Assembly (NCBI GenBank): GCA_963716745.1
Contig: OY970320.1
Location: 2,496,001 to 2,560,000 of the forward strand
From: an uncultured Gemmatimonadaceae bacterium
GTDB taxonomy: Bacteria > Gemmatimonadota > Gemmatimonadetes > Gemmatimonadales > Gemmatimonadaceae
Length of the DNA: 64,000 bases
Direction of reading: 5' to 3'
The notes beneath the pieces were generated by a model. That model made no database searches. It was not told the DNA's origin and saw nothing but the letters and a program-made list of their open reading frames with translations. The position numbers and the translations under genes are program-made. Position 1 is the first letter of the stretch. The number at the start of each line of letters is the position of its first letter. Shown piece by piece: positions 51,736-61,723 of this stretch.

Positions 51736-52923
51736 ATGTTCAGATGGAGACCCGCTCATGCCGGCGCCGCGGCGATGCTCGTCGCGGCGCTTGCCGCGTG
51801 CTCGGGCGGCGACCGGCTGCCAGCCGTGCCCGTCGAATTGCAGGATCAGGCCGAGATCCCCGGGATGCCGGGCGTGCGGGCCTCGGGCAGCACCGCAGTG
51901 CTCGAGCAGGATTTCCGCGATGGCATCCAGAAGGAGCGCGATGCGCTCAAGGCGGCCGGCCACACGGGGCCGCTGCCGACCGCGAATTTCCTCGCGTTGT
52001 CGGGCGGCGGCGACAAAGGCGCGTTCGGCGCGGGGATCCTCGTGGGATGGACGAAGCAGGGCACACGTCCGGAGTTCAAGCTGGTCACCGGCGTCAGCAC
52101 CGGCGCGCTCATCGCGCCCTTCGCCTTCCTCGGACCGAAGTACGATTCGGAATTGCAGGCGGTCTACACGAACATCTCGAACAAAGACATCATGACGAAG
52201 CGCCTGCCATTGGCGGCGATCACCGACGATGCGATGGCGGACAACGCGCCACTCTGGGCGCTGATGAGCAAGTACGTGAACGATTCCATGATGCACGACA
52301 TCGCGGCCGCGTACGCGAAGGGCCGCTTCCTGCTGATCGGCACGGCGAATCTCGACAACATGCACCCGACGGTGTGGAACATCGGGAAGATCGCGTCCAG
52401 CGGGAGTCCCAACGCGCTGCACCTGATCCAGAGCATCCTCATCGCGTCGGCGGCGATCCCGGGCGCGTTCCCGCCGGTGCTCATCGAGGTGGAGGCCGGC
52501 GGGAAGAAGTACAGCGAGATGCACGTGGATGGTGGCACGGTGTCGCAGGTGTTCGTCTACCCGATCTCCATTCGCCTGAATGAGGCGGCCGCGAAGGCGG
52601 GCGTCCAGCGCGAGCGCAAGATGTACGTGATCCGCAACGCGCGGCTCGACCCCGATTGGGAGAACGTCGAGCGGAAGGTGTACTCGATCGCGGGCCGCTC
52701 GATCTCGTCGCTCATCCAGACGCAGGGGCGCGGCGATCTCTTCCGAATCCATAGCGCGGCGCTGCGCGATTCCGTGGACTTCAACCTCGCGTTCATCCCC
52801 GCGACCTTCAACGCACCGCACCCGGATGACTTCGACACGGGATTCATGCGCACGTTGTTCAAGTTCGGGTACGATCTCGCGGTGAACGGCTACCCCTGGT
52901 CGAAGGCGCCGCCCGGCTACTGA
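51736..52923 (+). CDS. Patatin-like phospholipase, predicted lipoprotein
   Basis: LAAC lipobox, LSGGGDKG, GVSTG, DGG. Confidence 0.88.
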   Translation: MFRWRPAHAGAAAMLVAALAACSGGDRLPAVPVELQDQAEIPGMPGVRASGSTAVLEQDFRDGIQKERDALKAAGHTGPLPTANFLALSGGGDKGAFGAGILVGWTKQGTRPEFKLVTGVSTGALIAPFAFLGPKYDSELQAVYTNISNKDIMTKRLPLAAITDDAMADNAPLWALMSKYVNDSMMHDIAAAYAKGRFLLIGTANLDNMHPTVWNIGKIASSGSPNALHLIQSILIASAAIPGAFPPVLIEVEAGGKKYSEMHVDGGTVSQVFVYPISIRLNEAAAKAGVQRERKMYVIRNARLDPDWENVERKVYSIAGRSISSLIQTQGRGDLFRIHSAALRDSVDFNLAFIPATFNAPHPDDFDTGFMRTLFKFGYDLAVNGYPWSKAPPGY

Positions 52924-54389
52924 AAGAGGAAGTGGTCCGTCCGCTCGACAACATACGGGAAGAACGGGTTGTATCGCAGGCGTACCAGGGCGCTGGCCGG
53001 CACCGCGAGCACGCCCTTCTCCCCGAACACTTCCGGCCGGCCCAGATAGAGCGGTCCGTGCTTCGATGGCGGCGTCGCTCCGTAGAGCGGATCGTCGGGC
53101 GCGACCGGCAGCGCCGAGTGCGAGAGTGCGAAGATCCCGTTCGGCCACGCGAGACCCGTCGGCTCGCTCCGCACCGTGCTGTCGCCGGCCGCACGCCGCA
53201 ACGCGACGACTTCCCTGCTCAGCGTATCCCGGTTCGTCACGAGCGTGACATCGAATGGCCACGTCGGGGCATGCAACAGCCGCTCGGCGGGGTCGCGACT
53301 GTCGGGGCGCAGCAGCGGGCCGGCGTCGGCGTACCGGTTGATGTCGAACGCCACCACCTCGTGCCCTTCCGGGGCGAGGTGCGACATGAAGATCTCGATG
53401 ATCGCCACCGGCGACACCGTTGCATCGGCCACCGACTGGAAGACGAGCGTGCGCGGGAATCCGTGCACCGGCCCCTTCGCCCGGAGGCGCGCCATCTGCG
53501 CCTCGATCTCCTGCGTGAGTTCGTAGATCTGCTGCCCGGCGTTCACGGGAAAGGAGTTGTACTTGTACGGATCGTACTCGGGGACGACGTCGAGCCACGC
53601 GAGCTTGCCCAGTCCGGGCAGCCGCGAGATCCGCGATTGCCACACCGCGAGGAACGCCATGGGATCGACGCCGATCGCGGGGGAGAAGAGCACCAGCGCA
53701 TCGACGCGCGGCGACTGCTCGCCCTCGAGCCGCGCGAGCGCGTATTGCACCGACAACGCGGAGCCCGTGGAGAAGCCGACGAGATAGACGGGCGCGTCCG
53801 GCCCGACTTTGCCGCGCACGTGCCGCGCCGCCATGCGCACCGCCGCCGCCCAGTCCTGCCAATGCACGGTCTTGAGCGCCGACGGCGCCGTGCCGTGACC
53901 GGGAAGTCGCAGCCCCACGACCCAACAGCCGTGCTCGTGCAGATTCGCGGCGATCGCACGAAGTACGTACGGCGAATCTGTAAGCCCATGGACCATCAGC
54001 GCGCCACACTTCGGCTTGTCGGCCGGCAATTCGTAGGTGCGATTGAGGTTCTCTTTGTACGACGTGGCGTCGGCGAGACTGCCGCGCGAGTAGCGGTTCA
54101 GACGACGGCGATCGGCCTCGGCGGTGCGATCGTAGACGTCGTGCTGCAGCTCGGCGAACAGCCGATCCTCGAGTTTTCGATACGCGTCGATGTCGGGAAC
54201 GCGGGTACTATCGGCGGCGGTGAATTCTTCGCCGAGCTGCGCGGTGTGCCACGGCTTGAGACTTGGGACCCGATGCACGCCGAGGTACAGGATTCCGGCG
54301 AAGAGCATGACGATCGCGCCGATGACGCCATACACGATGAATTTCAACGTGTGCTTCAGGAACGACGCGATCACTCGGACGGGATTCAT
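52917..54389 (-). CDS. Membrane-anchored alpha/beta hydrolase
   Basis: N-terminal TM, HGLTDSP, GFSTG, D and SH catalytic candidates. Confidence 0.85.
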   Translation of the reverse strand: MNPVRVIASFLKHTLKFIVYGVIGAIVMLFAGILYLGVHRVPSLKPWHTAQLGEEFTAADSTRVPDIDAYRKLEDRLFAELQHDVYDRTAEADRRRLNRYSRGSLADATSYKENLNRTYELPADKPKCGALMVHGLTDSPYVLRAIAANLHEHGCWVVGLRLPGHGTAPSALKTVHWQDWAAAVRMAARHVRGKVGPDAPVYLVGFSTGSALSVQYALARLEGEQSPRVDALVLFSPAIGVDPMAFLAVWQSRISRLPGLGKLAWLDVVPEYDPYKYNSFPVNAGQQIYELTQEIEAQMARLRAKGPVHGFPRTLVFQSVADATVSPVAIIEIFMSHLAPEGHEVVAFDINRYADAGPLLRPDSRDPAERLLHAPTWPFDVTLVTNRDTLSREVVALRRAAGDSTVRSEPTGLAWPNGIFALSHSALPVAPDDPLYGATPPSKHGPLYLGRPEVFGEKGVLAVPASALVRLRYNPFFPYVVERTDHFLFQ

Positions 54390-54444
54390 GGGCGGGAATA
54401 TGGGGGCGCCCGCCGCAGCGCGCGATGCGCGCAATGCGACACCA

Positions 54445-54539
54445 CCATCATGTAAATCTTGTTAATCCTGTCAAAAGCTGTTCGGGATCCTGAACTGCAA
54501 AGAACTGCTTGGACAGGATTAACATGATTTACATGATGG
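54445..54539. repeat. AT-rich 28-bp inverted repeat with 9-mer periodicity
   Basis: CCATCATGTAAATCTTGTTAATCCTGTC ... GACAGGATTAACATGATTTACATGATGG (1 mismatch). Confidence 0.88.
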
Positions 54540-54556
54540 GAACTACAACGACGTCG

Positions 54557-55403
54557 CTATCTATCCGGGTCAACCATATCCTCGAAGCGCAGCCACTTCT
54601 TGTAATAGAAGAGGTCGATGTACGTCGTCGCGCCGGTGCGGTTCTTGAGGATCGCCAACTCCGTCGCGCCCTCCTGCCCGAACGCCGGATTATAGAGTTC
54701 GTCGCGATAGAGGCCGAGCACCACATCGGCCAACTGCTTCACCGATCCTAGCGCGCCGAAATCGTCGAGCACCGGGCGCATGTTCTCGCGCACCGCCGGG
54801 CAGGGCGGGCAAGTGCGCGGTCACGATGAGCGCGACGTTCGCGCTCACGGCCGCATCCTTCAGGCGCCGCACGGCGTGCGCCAGTTCCTCGTCCTGCGCC
54901 AGCGCGCCGTGCGGGACGTGCTGCAGCGGGTCGATCACCACCAACTCGGTGCCGGCAGTCTTGCCGATAGCCTTCAGCAACCCGTCCGCGCCGCCGGCCG
55001 GCATGCGCGCCACTTTGGGCAAATGGTCGTGCAGCCGCAGTGTCGCGGCGCCCACATTCGCGCGCGTGATCTCATCCATGATGCCGGTGCGCAATTCGTC
55101 GATGCTCGCGCGCCCCTCGATCGCCAGCGCGCGCTCAAGCACCCGCTCGGCGTCCATCTCGGCCGTGTAGAACTCCACGCCGCGCCCGCTCTCCGCCGCC
55201 CGCAGCGCGAATGCCAGCGCGAGCGCCGATTTCCCCACCCCCACGTCGCCGCCGAGTACCACGAGATCGCCGCGGCGCACGCCGCCGCCCAGGTTCTTGT
55301 CGAGCGTGGGGAAGCCGGTGGGCACCGTGTTCGCCGGCGGCGCGCCGTCGGCGATGGCGTCCACGCGCTTCACGAGTTGGGTGAGCCGCGAGCGTCTGGG
55401 CAT
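54557..55403 (-). CDS. DnaB-like helicase C-terminal (RecA-fold) domain-only protein (frameshift near 54790)
   Basis: TGFPTLD, GDVGVGKS, AEM, VIDPLQ, ADVVLGLYRDELY, KNRTG. Confidence 0.82.
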
Positions 55404-55495
55404 GAGGAACGGAGTATAGAAGTGCGCGAAAAACGGGCAAGCCCGCGCAACACATCGTTGCAGGTGTAAGACGCTCGCGGCTACATTCCGATACG

Positions 55496-57058
55496 ATGGC
55501 CCAACCCCTCAAGTCGGTCCTCTGGGTGGACGACGAGGCCGATCTCCTCGAGTCGCACCGGATCTATCTTCGCGAGAAGGGATTCGAGGTAGATGCCGCC
55601 ACGAACGCCGATGACGCCGTCGAGATGCTTCGGCGGCGCCCCTACGGCATCGTGCTCCTCGACGAGCAGATGCCCGGCAAGCGCGGCCTCGAAGCGTACC
55701 GCGAGATCCGCGAGCTCGATCCGCTCCTGCCCATCGTCATGGTCACGAAGAGCGAGGAGGACGCGGTGCTCCGCGAGGCGATCGGCGTTGACGTGCGCGA
55801 TTACCTCGTGAAACCGATCAATCCGCGCCAGGTGCTCACGGCGATCACGAAGGTGCTCGAGGGCCCGCGCATTCGCGCGCAGGCGCTTTCGCGCGCCTTC
55901 GTCGAGCGGTTCCGCGAGATCGAGCTCGAGCCGAAGCTCACGCTCGATTGGCGCGGCTGGATCTCGCGCTACACGGAGCTCGCCGAGTGGGACATCGCGC
56001 TCGCGGATGCGAAGGAGCAGAGTCTCTACGACTCGCTGCAGGGACTCTATCCCGCGCTCCGAAAGGAATTCGCGAACTGGATGCGCCACGAATACCCGCG
56101 CTGGCTGCGCGAGCTCGAAGGCGACCGGCCGCCGCTCTCGGTGGACGTGGTCTCGGAGTTCCTGCTGCCGATCCTCGAGCGCTCGCGTGCGGCGGTGTTC
56201 ATCGTGGTCGACTGTCTTCGTCTCGACCAGTGGATGACGCTCGCGCCCATCCTCGCGCCCTGGTTCGACGTCGAGACCACGCATCATTTCGCGGTGCTCC
56301 CCACGGCCACGCCGTATTCGCGCAACGCGCTCTTCTCGGGGCTCTTTCCCGGCGAGATCGCCGCGCGTTTCCCCGATTGGTGGGGCGAACGCGAGGATGA
56401 ATCGCTCAACGCGCACGAGAAGCAATTGCTCGAGGCGCATCTCGCCGAGCTCAAGATCGCCGTGCCGGTGCGCTACGATAAGATCTCGAGCGCCAACGAC
56501 ACCGCCGACCTCGAGCGCCGCGTCTCGGGCGCCATCGCGCACGAGGGCGTGAGCGCGTTCGTCTTCAACTTCGTGGATCTGCTCACGCATGGCCGCTCGG
56601 AGTCCGCGATCCTGCAGGAGGTCGCGAAGGACGAGATCGCGCTCCGCGCGCTCACGAAACAATGGTTCGAGCGCTCGGTGCTCTTCGCGCTCCTGAAAGA
56701 GGCCGCGCGCCGCCGCATCCCCGTGCTCATCACCAGCGATCACGGCTCCATCCACTGCCACACGCCCGCGACGGTGTTCGCCAAGCGCGACGCCACCGCG
56801 AACCTCCGCTACAAGTTCGGAGAGGACCTGCGCGCCGAACGCACGGAGCACGCACTGCTCTTCGGGAATTCCGATGACCTGCGCCTTCCGCGGCGTGGAC
56901 TCGGCGACAACACGCTGCTCGCCGTGGGCGACACGTTCTTCGTGTATCCCACCAAGCTGCGCGAGTACCAGTCGCGCTATCGCGGATCGTTCCTGCATGG
57001 CGGCGTGACGCCGGAGGAATGCATCCTGCCGGTCGCCTTGCTCACGCCCAAGAGTTGA
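55496..57058 (+). CDS. PorX-like response regulator (REC + PglZ/alkaline-phosphatase domain)
   Basis: WVDDE, LLDEQMPG, VTKSEE, VDCLRLDQW, LPTATPYSRNALF, SDHG, HGG. Confidence 0.88.
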   Translation: MAQPLKSVLWVDDEADLLESHRIYLREKGFEVDAATNADDAVEMLRRRPYGIVLLDEQMPGKRGLEAYREIRELDPLLPIVMVTKSEEDAVLREAIGVDVRDYLVKPINPRQVLTAITKVLEGPRIRAQALSRAFVERFREIELEPKLTLDWRGWISRYTELAEWDIALADAKEQSLYDSLQGLYPALRKEFANWMRHEYPRWLRELEGDRPPLSVDVVSEFLLPILERSRAAVFIVVDCLRLDQWMTLAPILAPWFDVETTHHFAVLPTATPYSRNALFSGLFPGEIAARFPDWWGEREDESLNAHEKQLLEAHLAELKIAVPVRYDKISSANDTADLERRVSGAIAHEGVSAFVFNFVDLLTHGRSESAILQEVAKDEIALRALTKQWFERSVLFALLKEAARRRIPVLITSDHGSIHCHTPATVFAKRDATANLRYKFGEDLRAERTEHALLFGNSDDLRLPRRGLGDNTLLAVGDTFFVYPTKLREYQSRYRGSFLHGGVTPEECILPVALLTPKS

Positions 57059-58887
57059 TGCGCGCGACGAAGTTCTATCCGCGGTTGATCAAGTTCCTGC
57101 GGCCGCACGGTTGGCGCATGGCGGGCAACATCATCTTCAACTTGATCGGCGCCGCACTCGATGGGTACTCGTTCGCGCTGCTCATCCCGTTCCTGAACGC
57201 GCTGTTCAACCAGCCGCCACTCGTGGTCGGACGCGGCTGGGTGAACAACTTCCTGCAGTTCACGATCGGCGCGCTGCTCGATGCGGCGCATCCTATGACG
57301 TCGCTGCGCAACGTGATCGTGGTCCTGCTCGCCGTCGTGGCGGTCAAGAACATCTTCATCTGGCTCGCCAACGTGCTCGGCGCCGAGCTGCAGGAGTACG
57401 TCACGCGCGACATGCGCGACGCGGTCTACCACCACCTCGTCGCGCTCCCGATCCGCTATTTCACCAGCACCAAGGTCGGTCAGATCCTGTCGCGCGTCCT
57501 CAGCGACACCGAGCAGACCAAGTCGCTCGTCACCGAGGTCGTGACGAGGGCGGTGAACTCGGCCTCGCTCGTCATCGTGTACATCGCGTATCTCCTCGGC
57601 ATCTCGTGGAGACTCACGCTCATCTCGCTCATCATCGCGCCGCTCCTCACGCTCGTGCTGCAGCCGCTGCTCCGCCGGCTGCGCCACGGCTATCGCGTGT
57701 TGCGCAACGATCACGGCGAGATGATGAGCGTGTTGCAGGAGAGCGTCAGCGGCATCCGGCTGGTGAAGTCGTACGGCGCCGAGGAGTACGAAGATGCGCG
57801 CTTCACCGGCGCCAGCTTCAAGTACTCGAGCGGTCTGGTGCGCATGGCGCGCATCGCCAACATCGCGCAGCCGCTCACGGAAGTCCTCGGCATGGTCATC
57901 GTCGCGGTGCTGCTCTGGATCGGCGCGCGGGAAGTGCTCATCGACAATTCGCTCCAGGCGTCGCAGTTCATGGTGTTCATCGCCTTCGTGATGCGCCTGT
58001 TGCAGCCGATGAAACAGCTCTCGCAGATCCCGGCCGTCGCGCAGAATTCCTTCGCGAGCGCCGAGCGCATCTTCCAGGTGCTCGATCATCCCACCGAGCA
58101 GGCGCTCGACAAGGGCACGCGCATGGTGGATGGCTTCCGCCGGTCGATCGTGTTCGACACGGTCTCGTTCGCGTACGACGACGAACCGGTGCTCAGCGAC
58201 ATCCAGTTCGCCGCGAAGAAGGGCGATGTGATCGCCTTGGTGGGCGCGAGTGGGGCGGGGAAGAGCACGCTCGTCGATCTCATCCCGCGGTTCTACGAGC
58301 CGACGAGCGGCCGCATTCTGCTCGATGACGTGGACGTACGCGAGATCGCACTCGCCTCCCTGCGGAATCTCACCGGCATCGTGAGCCAGGAGACCGTGAT
58401 CTTCAACGAGAGCGTGCGCGCGAACATCGCCTACGGCCGGAACGACAAATACAGCGACGCGCAGATCGAAGCGGCGGCGCGCGCGGCGAACGCGCACGCC
58501 TTCATCGCCGAGTTGCCCGCGGGCTACGCGACGGTGCTCGGCGAGCGCGGCGCGCGGCTCTCCGGCGGGCAGCGCCAGCGCATCGCGATCGCGCGCGCGC
58601 TGCTGCTCGATCCGCCCATCCTCATCCTCGATGAGGCCACGAGCGCGCTCGACACCGAGAGCGAGCGCCTCGTCCAGGAAGCGATCGACCGGCTGCTCGA
58701 AGGCCGCACGGTGTTCGTCATCGCGCACCGCCTGTCCACGATCCAGCACGCCACCGAGATCCTCGTGCTCGACCGCGGCCGCGTCGTCGAACGCGGCACG
58801 CACGAGGAGCTGCTCGCGCGACGCGGCGCCTACCACCGGCTGCACGCGATGCAGTTCGGCGACCGGGAGCGGGCCGTCCCTGTCTGA
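57058..58887 (+). CDS. MsbA-like ABC exporter
   Basis: TM domain, [34 protein letters not shown]. Confidence 0.92.
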   Translation: MRATKFYPRLIKFLRPHGWRMAGNIIFNLIGAALDGYSFALLIPFLNALFNQPPLVVGRGWVNNFLQFTIGALLDAAHPMTSLRNVIVVLLAVVAVKNIFIWLANVLGAELQEYVTRDMRDAVYHHLVALPIRYFTSTKVGQILSRVLSDTEQTKSLVTEVVTRAVNSASLVIVYIAYLLGISWRLTLISLIIAPLLTLVLQPLLRRLRHGYRVLRNDHGEMMSVLQESVSGIRLVKSYGAEEYEDARFTGASFKYSSGLVRMARIANIAQPLTEVLGMVIVAVLLWIGAREVLIDNSLQASQFMVFIAFVMRLLQPMKQLSQIPAVAQNSFASAERIFQVLDHPTEQALDKGTRMVDGFRRSIVFDTVSFAYDDEPVLSDIQFAAKKGDVIALVGASGAGKSTLVDLIPRFYEPTSGRILLDDVDVREIALASLRNLTGIVSQETVIFNESVRANIAYGRNDKYSDAQIEAAARAANAHAFIAELPAGYATVLGERGARLSGGQRQRIAIARALLLDPPILILDEATSALDTESERLVQEAIDRLLEGRTVFVIAHRLSTIQHATEILVLDRGRVVERGTHEELLARRGAYHRLHAMQFGDRERAVPV

Positions 58888-59815
58888 CGAGCGCCGCGCC
58901 ACGGTCGCGCACCGCCTCGAGTACGGCGCCCTGCGCGCGATGCTCGCGGTGTTCGGCGCGTTCCCCTGGCGGGTCTCCACCGCCGCCGCGGGGTTCATCG
59001 GCCGGCTCGGCTATTCGCCCTTCCGCATCCGCCGCCGCGTGGTGGAGCGGCAGATCGCCGCCGCGTTCCCCGGACTCTCCGCCCGCGATGTCTCGGCGAT
59101 CGCGCGCGCCTCGTATGACAACCTCGGCCGCGTCGCCGTCGAGGCGGCGCATCTCTCGCGACTCGGGCCGGAGCAGGTCATCGCGCTCTTCGACGAGATC
59201 CACGGCTGGGACGCGGTAGAGCGCGCCCGCGCGCAGGGCAAAGGCATCGTGTTCCTCACCGGCCACCTCGGCAATTGGGAACTCGCGGGCGCGATCGTCG
59301 CCGCGCGCGGCATCGCCTTCGACGCGATCGCGCGCCGCATGGGGAATCCCGTGTTCGATGCGTATCTCACGCGCACGCGGCTGCGCCTCGGGATGAACAT
59401 CGTCCCGGATTCCGACGCCGTGCGCCGGGTGCCGCGCACGCTGCGCGCCGGCGGCGCCGTCGCGTTCCTCGCCGATCAGTCGGGGCTCAACCTCGCGTCC
59501 ACCTTCGTGCCCTTCTTCGGGCGCCCGGCGAAAACGCCGCGCGGCCCCGCCGTATTCGCGATCCGGTTCGAGGCTCCCGTGATCTTCGGTGTCGCGACGC
59601 ATCTTCCCGGCGGCAAGTTCCGCATGATGTTCGAGGAGGTCCCCGTAACGCGCACCGGCGACCTCGACCGCGACACCGACGCGCTGCTCACGCGTTACTC
59701 CGAGGCGCTCGAACGCCAAGTGCGCCTCGCACCCGGGCAGTATTTCTGGCAGCACAAGCGGTGGAAGCGCCAGCCCGACACCACGCCGCCGGAGCTGCTC
59801 GACCCCACGCTGTGA
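58880..59815 (+). CDS. Lipid A late acyltransferase (LpxL/HtrB family), start uncertain
   Basis: [27 protein letters not shown]. Confidence 0.88.
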   Translation: MSDERRATVAHRLEYGALRAMLAVFGAFPWRVSTAAAGFIGRLGYSPFRIRRRVVERQIAAAFPGLSARDVSAIARASYDNLGRVAVEAAHLSRLGPEQVIALFDEIHGWDAVERARAQGKGIVFLTGHLGNWELAGAIVAARGIAFDAIARRMGNPVFDAYLTRTRLRLGMNIVPDSDAVRRVPRTLRAGGAVAFLADQSGLNLASTFVPFFGRPAKTPRGPAVFAIRFEAPVIFGVATHLPGGKFRMMFEEVPVTRTGDLDRDTDALLTRYSEALERQVRLAPGQYFWQHKRWKRQPDTTPPELLDPTL

Positions 59816-60075
59816 CCGAGCCGCGCGCGCCGCGATCGCAGCATCGCGAGCGGTTCGTCTCTGCGTCCGAGCTCGGCGAGTACGCCTACTGTCGCCGCGC
59901 GTGGTGGCTGCGTGCCGTGCGCGGCGCGCACTCGGACCTGCAAGGCACTCGCTTCGATGAAGGCCGTGCGGCGCATGAGCGGCACGCGTACGGGATCCTC
60001 GCCGCGCGCGCGCTCGCTGTCGTCGCGGCACTGCTCGTGGCGGCGGCCGCGTGCTGGATCTGGCTCGCGCGATGA
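59812..60075 (+). CDS. Cas4-like nuclease N-terminal half with C-terminal TM helix (87 aa)
   Basis: [25 protein letters not shown], then hydrophobic [23 protein letters not shown] overlap with lpxL. Confidence 0.75.
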   Translation: MTEPRAPRSQHRERFVSASELGEYAYCRRAWWLRAVRGAHSDLQGTRFDEGRAAHERHAYGILAARALAVVAALLVAAAACWIWLAR

Positions 60076-60578
60076 TCGTCGCTGCGATCGTTCTCGCCGC
60101 CGCCATCATCCTGGCGATCGCGAGCTTCGCGCTCTACCGCCGCGCCGGGATCAGCGGTCGCATCGTCGCGAGCGATGGCCCCGTTTCGCGCCCATCGCGG
60201 GTGCTGCGCTCCGCGCGCCACGGGATCTCTGGCAAGCCCGACTACCTCGTGGTCGAGCACGGCCGCATCGCACCCGTGGAGGTGAAGCCCACGCGCGCGA
60301 GCGACCGGCCCTGGCTGCGCGACGTCGTGCAGCTTGCCGCGTATTGTCTGCTCGTCGAGGAGACGCACGAGCGCTTCGCCGGCTATGGCTATCTCCGCTA
60401 CGCCAATCGTACCTTTCGCATCGACTTCACCGACTCCATGAGGGACGAAGTGCTCAGCACCGCGAATGCTCTGCGCGATGACCTCGCCGCCACCGATGTC
60501 GATGCCAACCACGACGATCCACGCCGCTGCGCACGCTGTGCGTTGCGCACTCCCTGCGGCCGCCCGGTGAGCGCATGA
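60072..60578 (+). CDS. Cas4-like PD-(D/E)xK nuclease C-terminal half with N-terminal TM helix (168 aa)
   Basis: [45 protein letters not shown]. Confidence 0.85.
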   Translation: MIVAAIVLAAAIILAIASFALYRRAGISGRIVASDGPVSRPSRVLRSARHGISGKPDYLVVEHGRIAPVEVKPTRASDRPWLRDVVQLAAYCLLVEETHERFAGYGYLRYANRTFRIDFTDSMRDEVLSTANALRDDLAATDVDANHDDPRRCARCALRTPCGRPVSA

Positions 60579-61723
60579 CCTACGACGTGACCGCGCTCCG
60601 CGCGCGCGAATATCCGTGGGCCGAGCGCGGCGACGCCGTCTACCTGAACAACGCCTCCACCGGCGCGCTCCCGGCGCGCACGGTGCGCGCGACCGCCGAT
60701 TTCCATGCGCTGCGCGCCGAGCCGTGGCGTCTCACCGATGACGCGCAGTTCGCCATCCTGCGCCGCACCCGCGAGCTCTGCGCCACGCTGATCGGCGCCG
60801 GCGCCGATGAGATCGCGTGCATGGCGAATACGACGTACGGCGTGAACGTCGCCGCGCGGTGTCTGCCGCTCAAGTCCGGCGACGTGGTGCTCACCTTCGA
60901 TCGCGAGTTCCCCGCGAACATCTATCCGTGGATGGCGCTCGCGAAGCGCGGCGTCACCCTCGAGCGCATCCCCACGCGCGACAAGCTCCCCGACGAGGAC
61001 GCGCTCATCGCCGCGCTCGATGGGAAGAACGTGAGAGCGGTCGCGATCGGTTGGGTGAACTTCGCCACGGGATACAAGGCCGATCTCGCGCGCATCGGCC
61101 GCGCCTGCCGCGAGCGCGGGATCTACTTCGTCGTGGACGCGATGCAGGGACTCGGCGCCGCCACGCTCGACGCGCGCGCATGCCAGATCGACATCCTCGC
61201 GTGCGGCGGACAGAAATGGCTGCTCTCGCCGTGGGGCTCGGGCTTCGTCTATGTGCGACGGGAACTCGTCCAGCAGCTTGAGCCCGAGGCCGTCGGCTGG
61301 ATGGCGATGCGCGCGTCCGAAGATTTCACGCGGCTCGTGGACTATGAATTCGCCTACCACGACGACGCGCGCCGCTTCGAGGTGATCACCGTGCCGTTCC
61401 AGGATTTCGCCGGATTCAATGCGAGTCTCGGGATGATGGTCGAGCTCGGTCTCAAGAACATCGAGGCGCACGACGCGGCGCTCGTCGGCCAGGCGGTGGA
61501 ATGGGCGCAGTCGCGGAGGGATATGAAGCTCGTGACGCCGGTGGATCCCGCACGCCGCGCCGGGATCGTCTCGATCGCGCCGCCTGACCCCGCGGCCACC
61601 TCGGAGCGCCTCAAGCAGGCGAAGATCATCCACAGCCTGCGCGAAGGCGCGATACGCCTGTCGCCGCATTGCTACAATACTGCGTCCGAGATTGCGCGAG
61701 CCCTCGAAGTTCTCGGCGGGTAA
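60575..61723 (+). CDS. Class V PLP enzyme (cysteine desulfurase/cystine lyase-like)
   Basis: YLNNAST, NTT, EFPAN, VDAMQG, GGQKWLLSPWGSG, IRLSPHCYN. Confidence 0.88.
   Translation: MTYDVTALRAREYPWAERGDAVYLNNASTGALPARTVRATADFHALRAEPWRLTDDAQFAILRRTRELCATLIGAGADEIACMANTTYGVNVAARCLPLKSGDVVLTFDREFPANIYPWMALAKRGVTLERIPTRDKLPDEDALIAALDGKNVRAVAIGWVNFATGYKADLARIGRACRERGIYFVVDAMQGLGAATLDARACQIDILACGGQKWLLSPWGSGFVYVRRELVQQLEPEAVGWMAMRASEDFTRLVDYEFAYHDDARRFEVITVPFQDFAGFNASLGMMVELGLKNIEAHDAALVGQAVEWAQSRRDMKLVTPVDPARRAGIVSIAPPDPAATSERLKQAKIIHSLREGAIRLSPHCYNTASEIARALEVLGG

Noticed and set aside
51736..52923. Patatin as a CBASS CapV-type effector
   Set aside because: It has a lipoprotein signal and no neighbouring CD-NTase, so it fits an exported patatin family.
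55496..57058. PglZ domain as part of a BREX defence system
   Set aside because: It is fused to a REC domain (PorX architecture) and no brxC, pglX or brxL genes are nearby.
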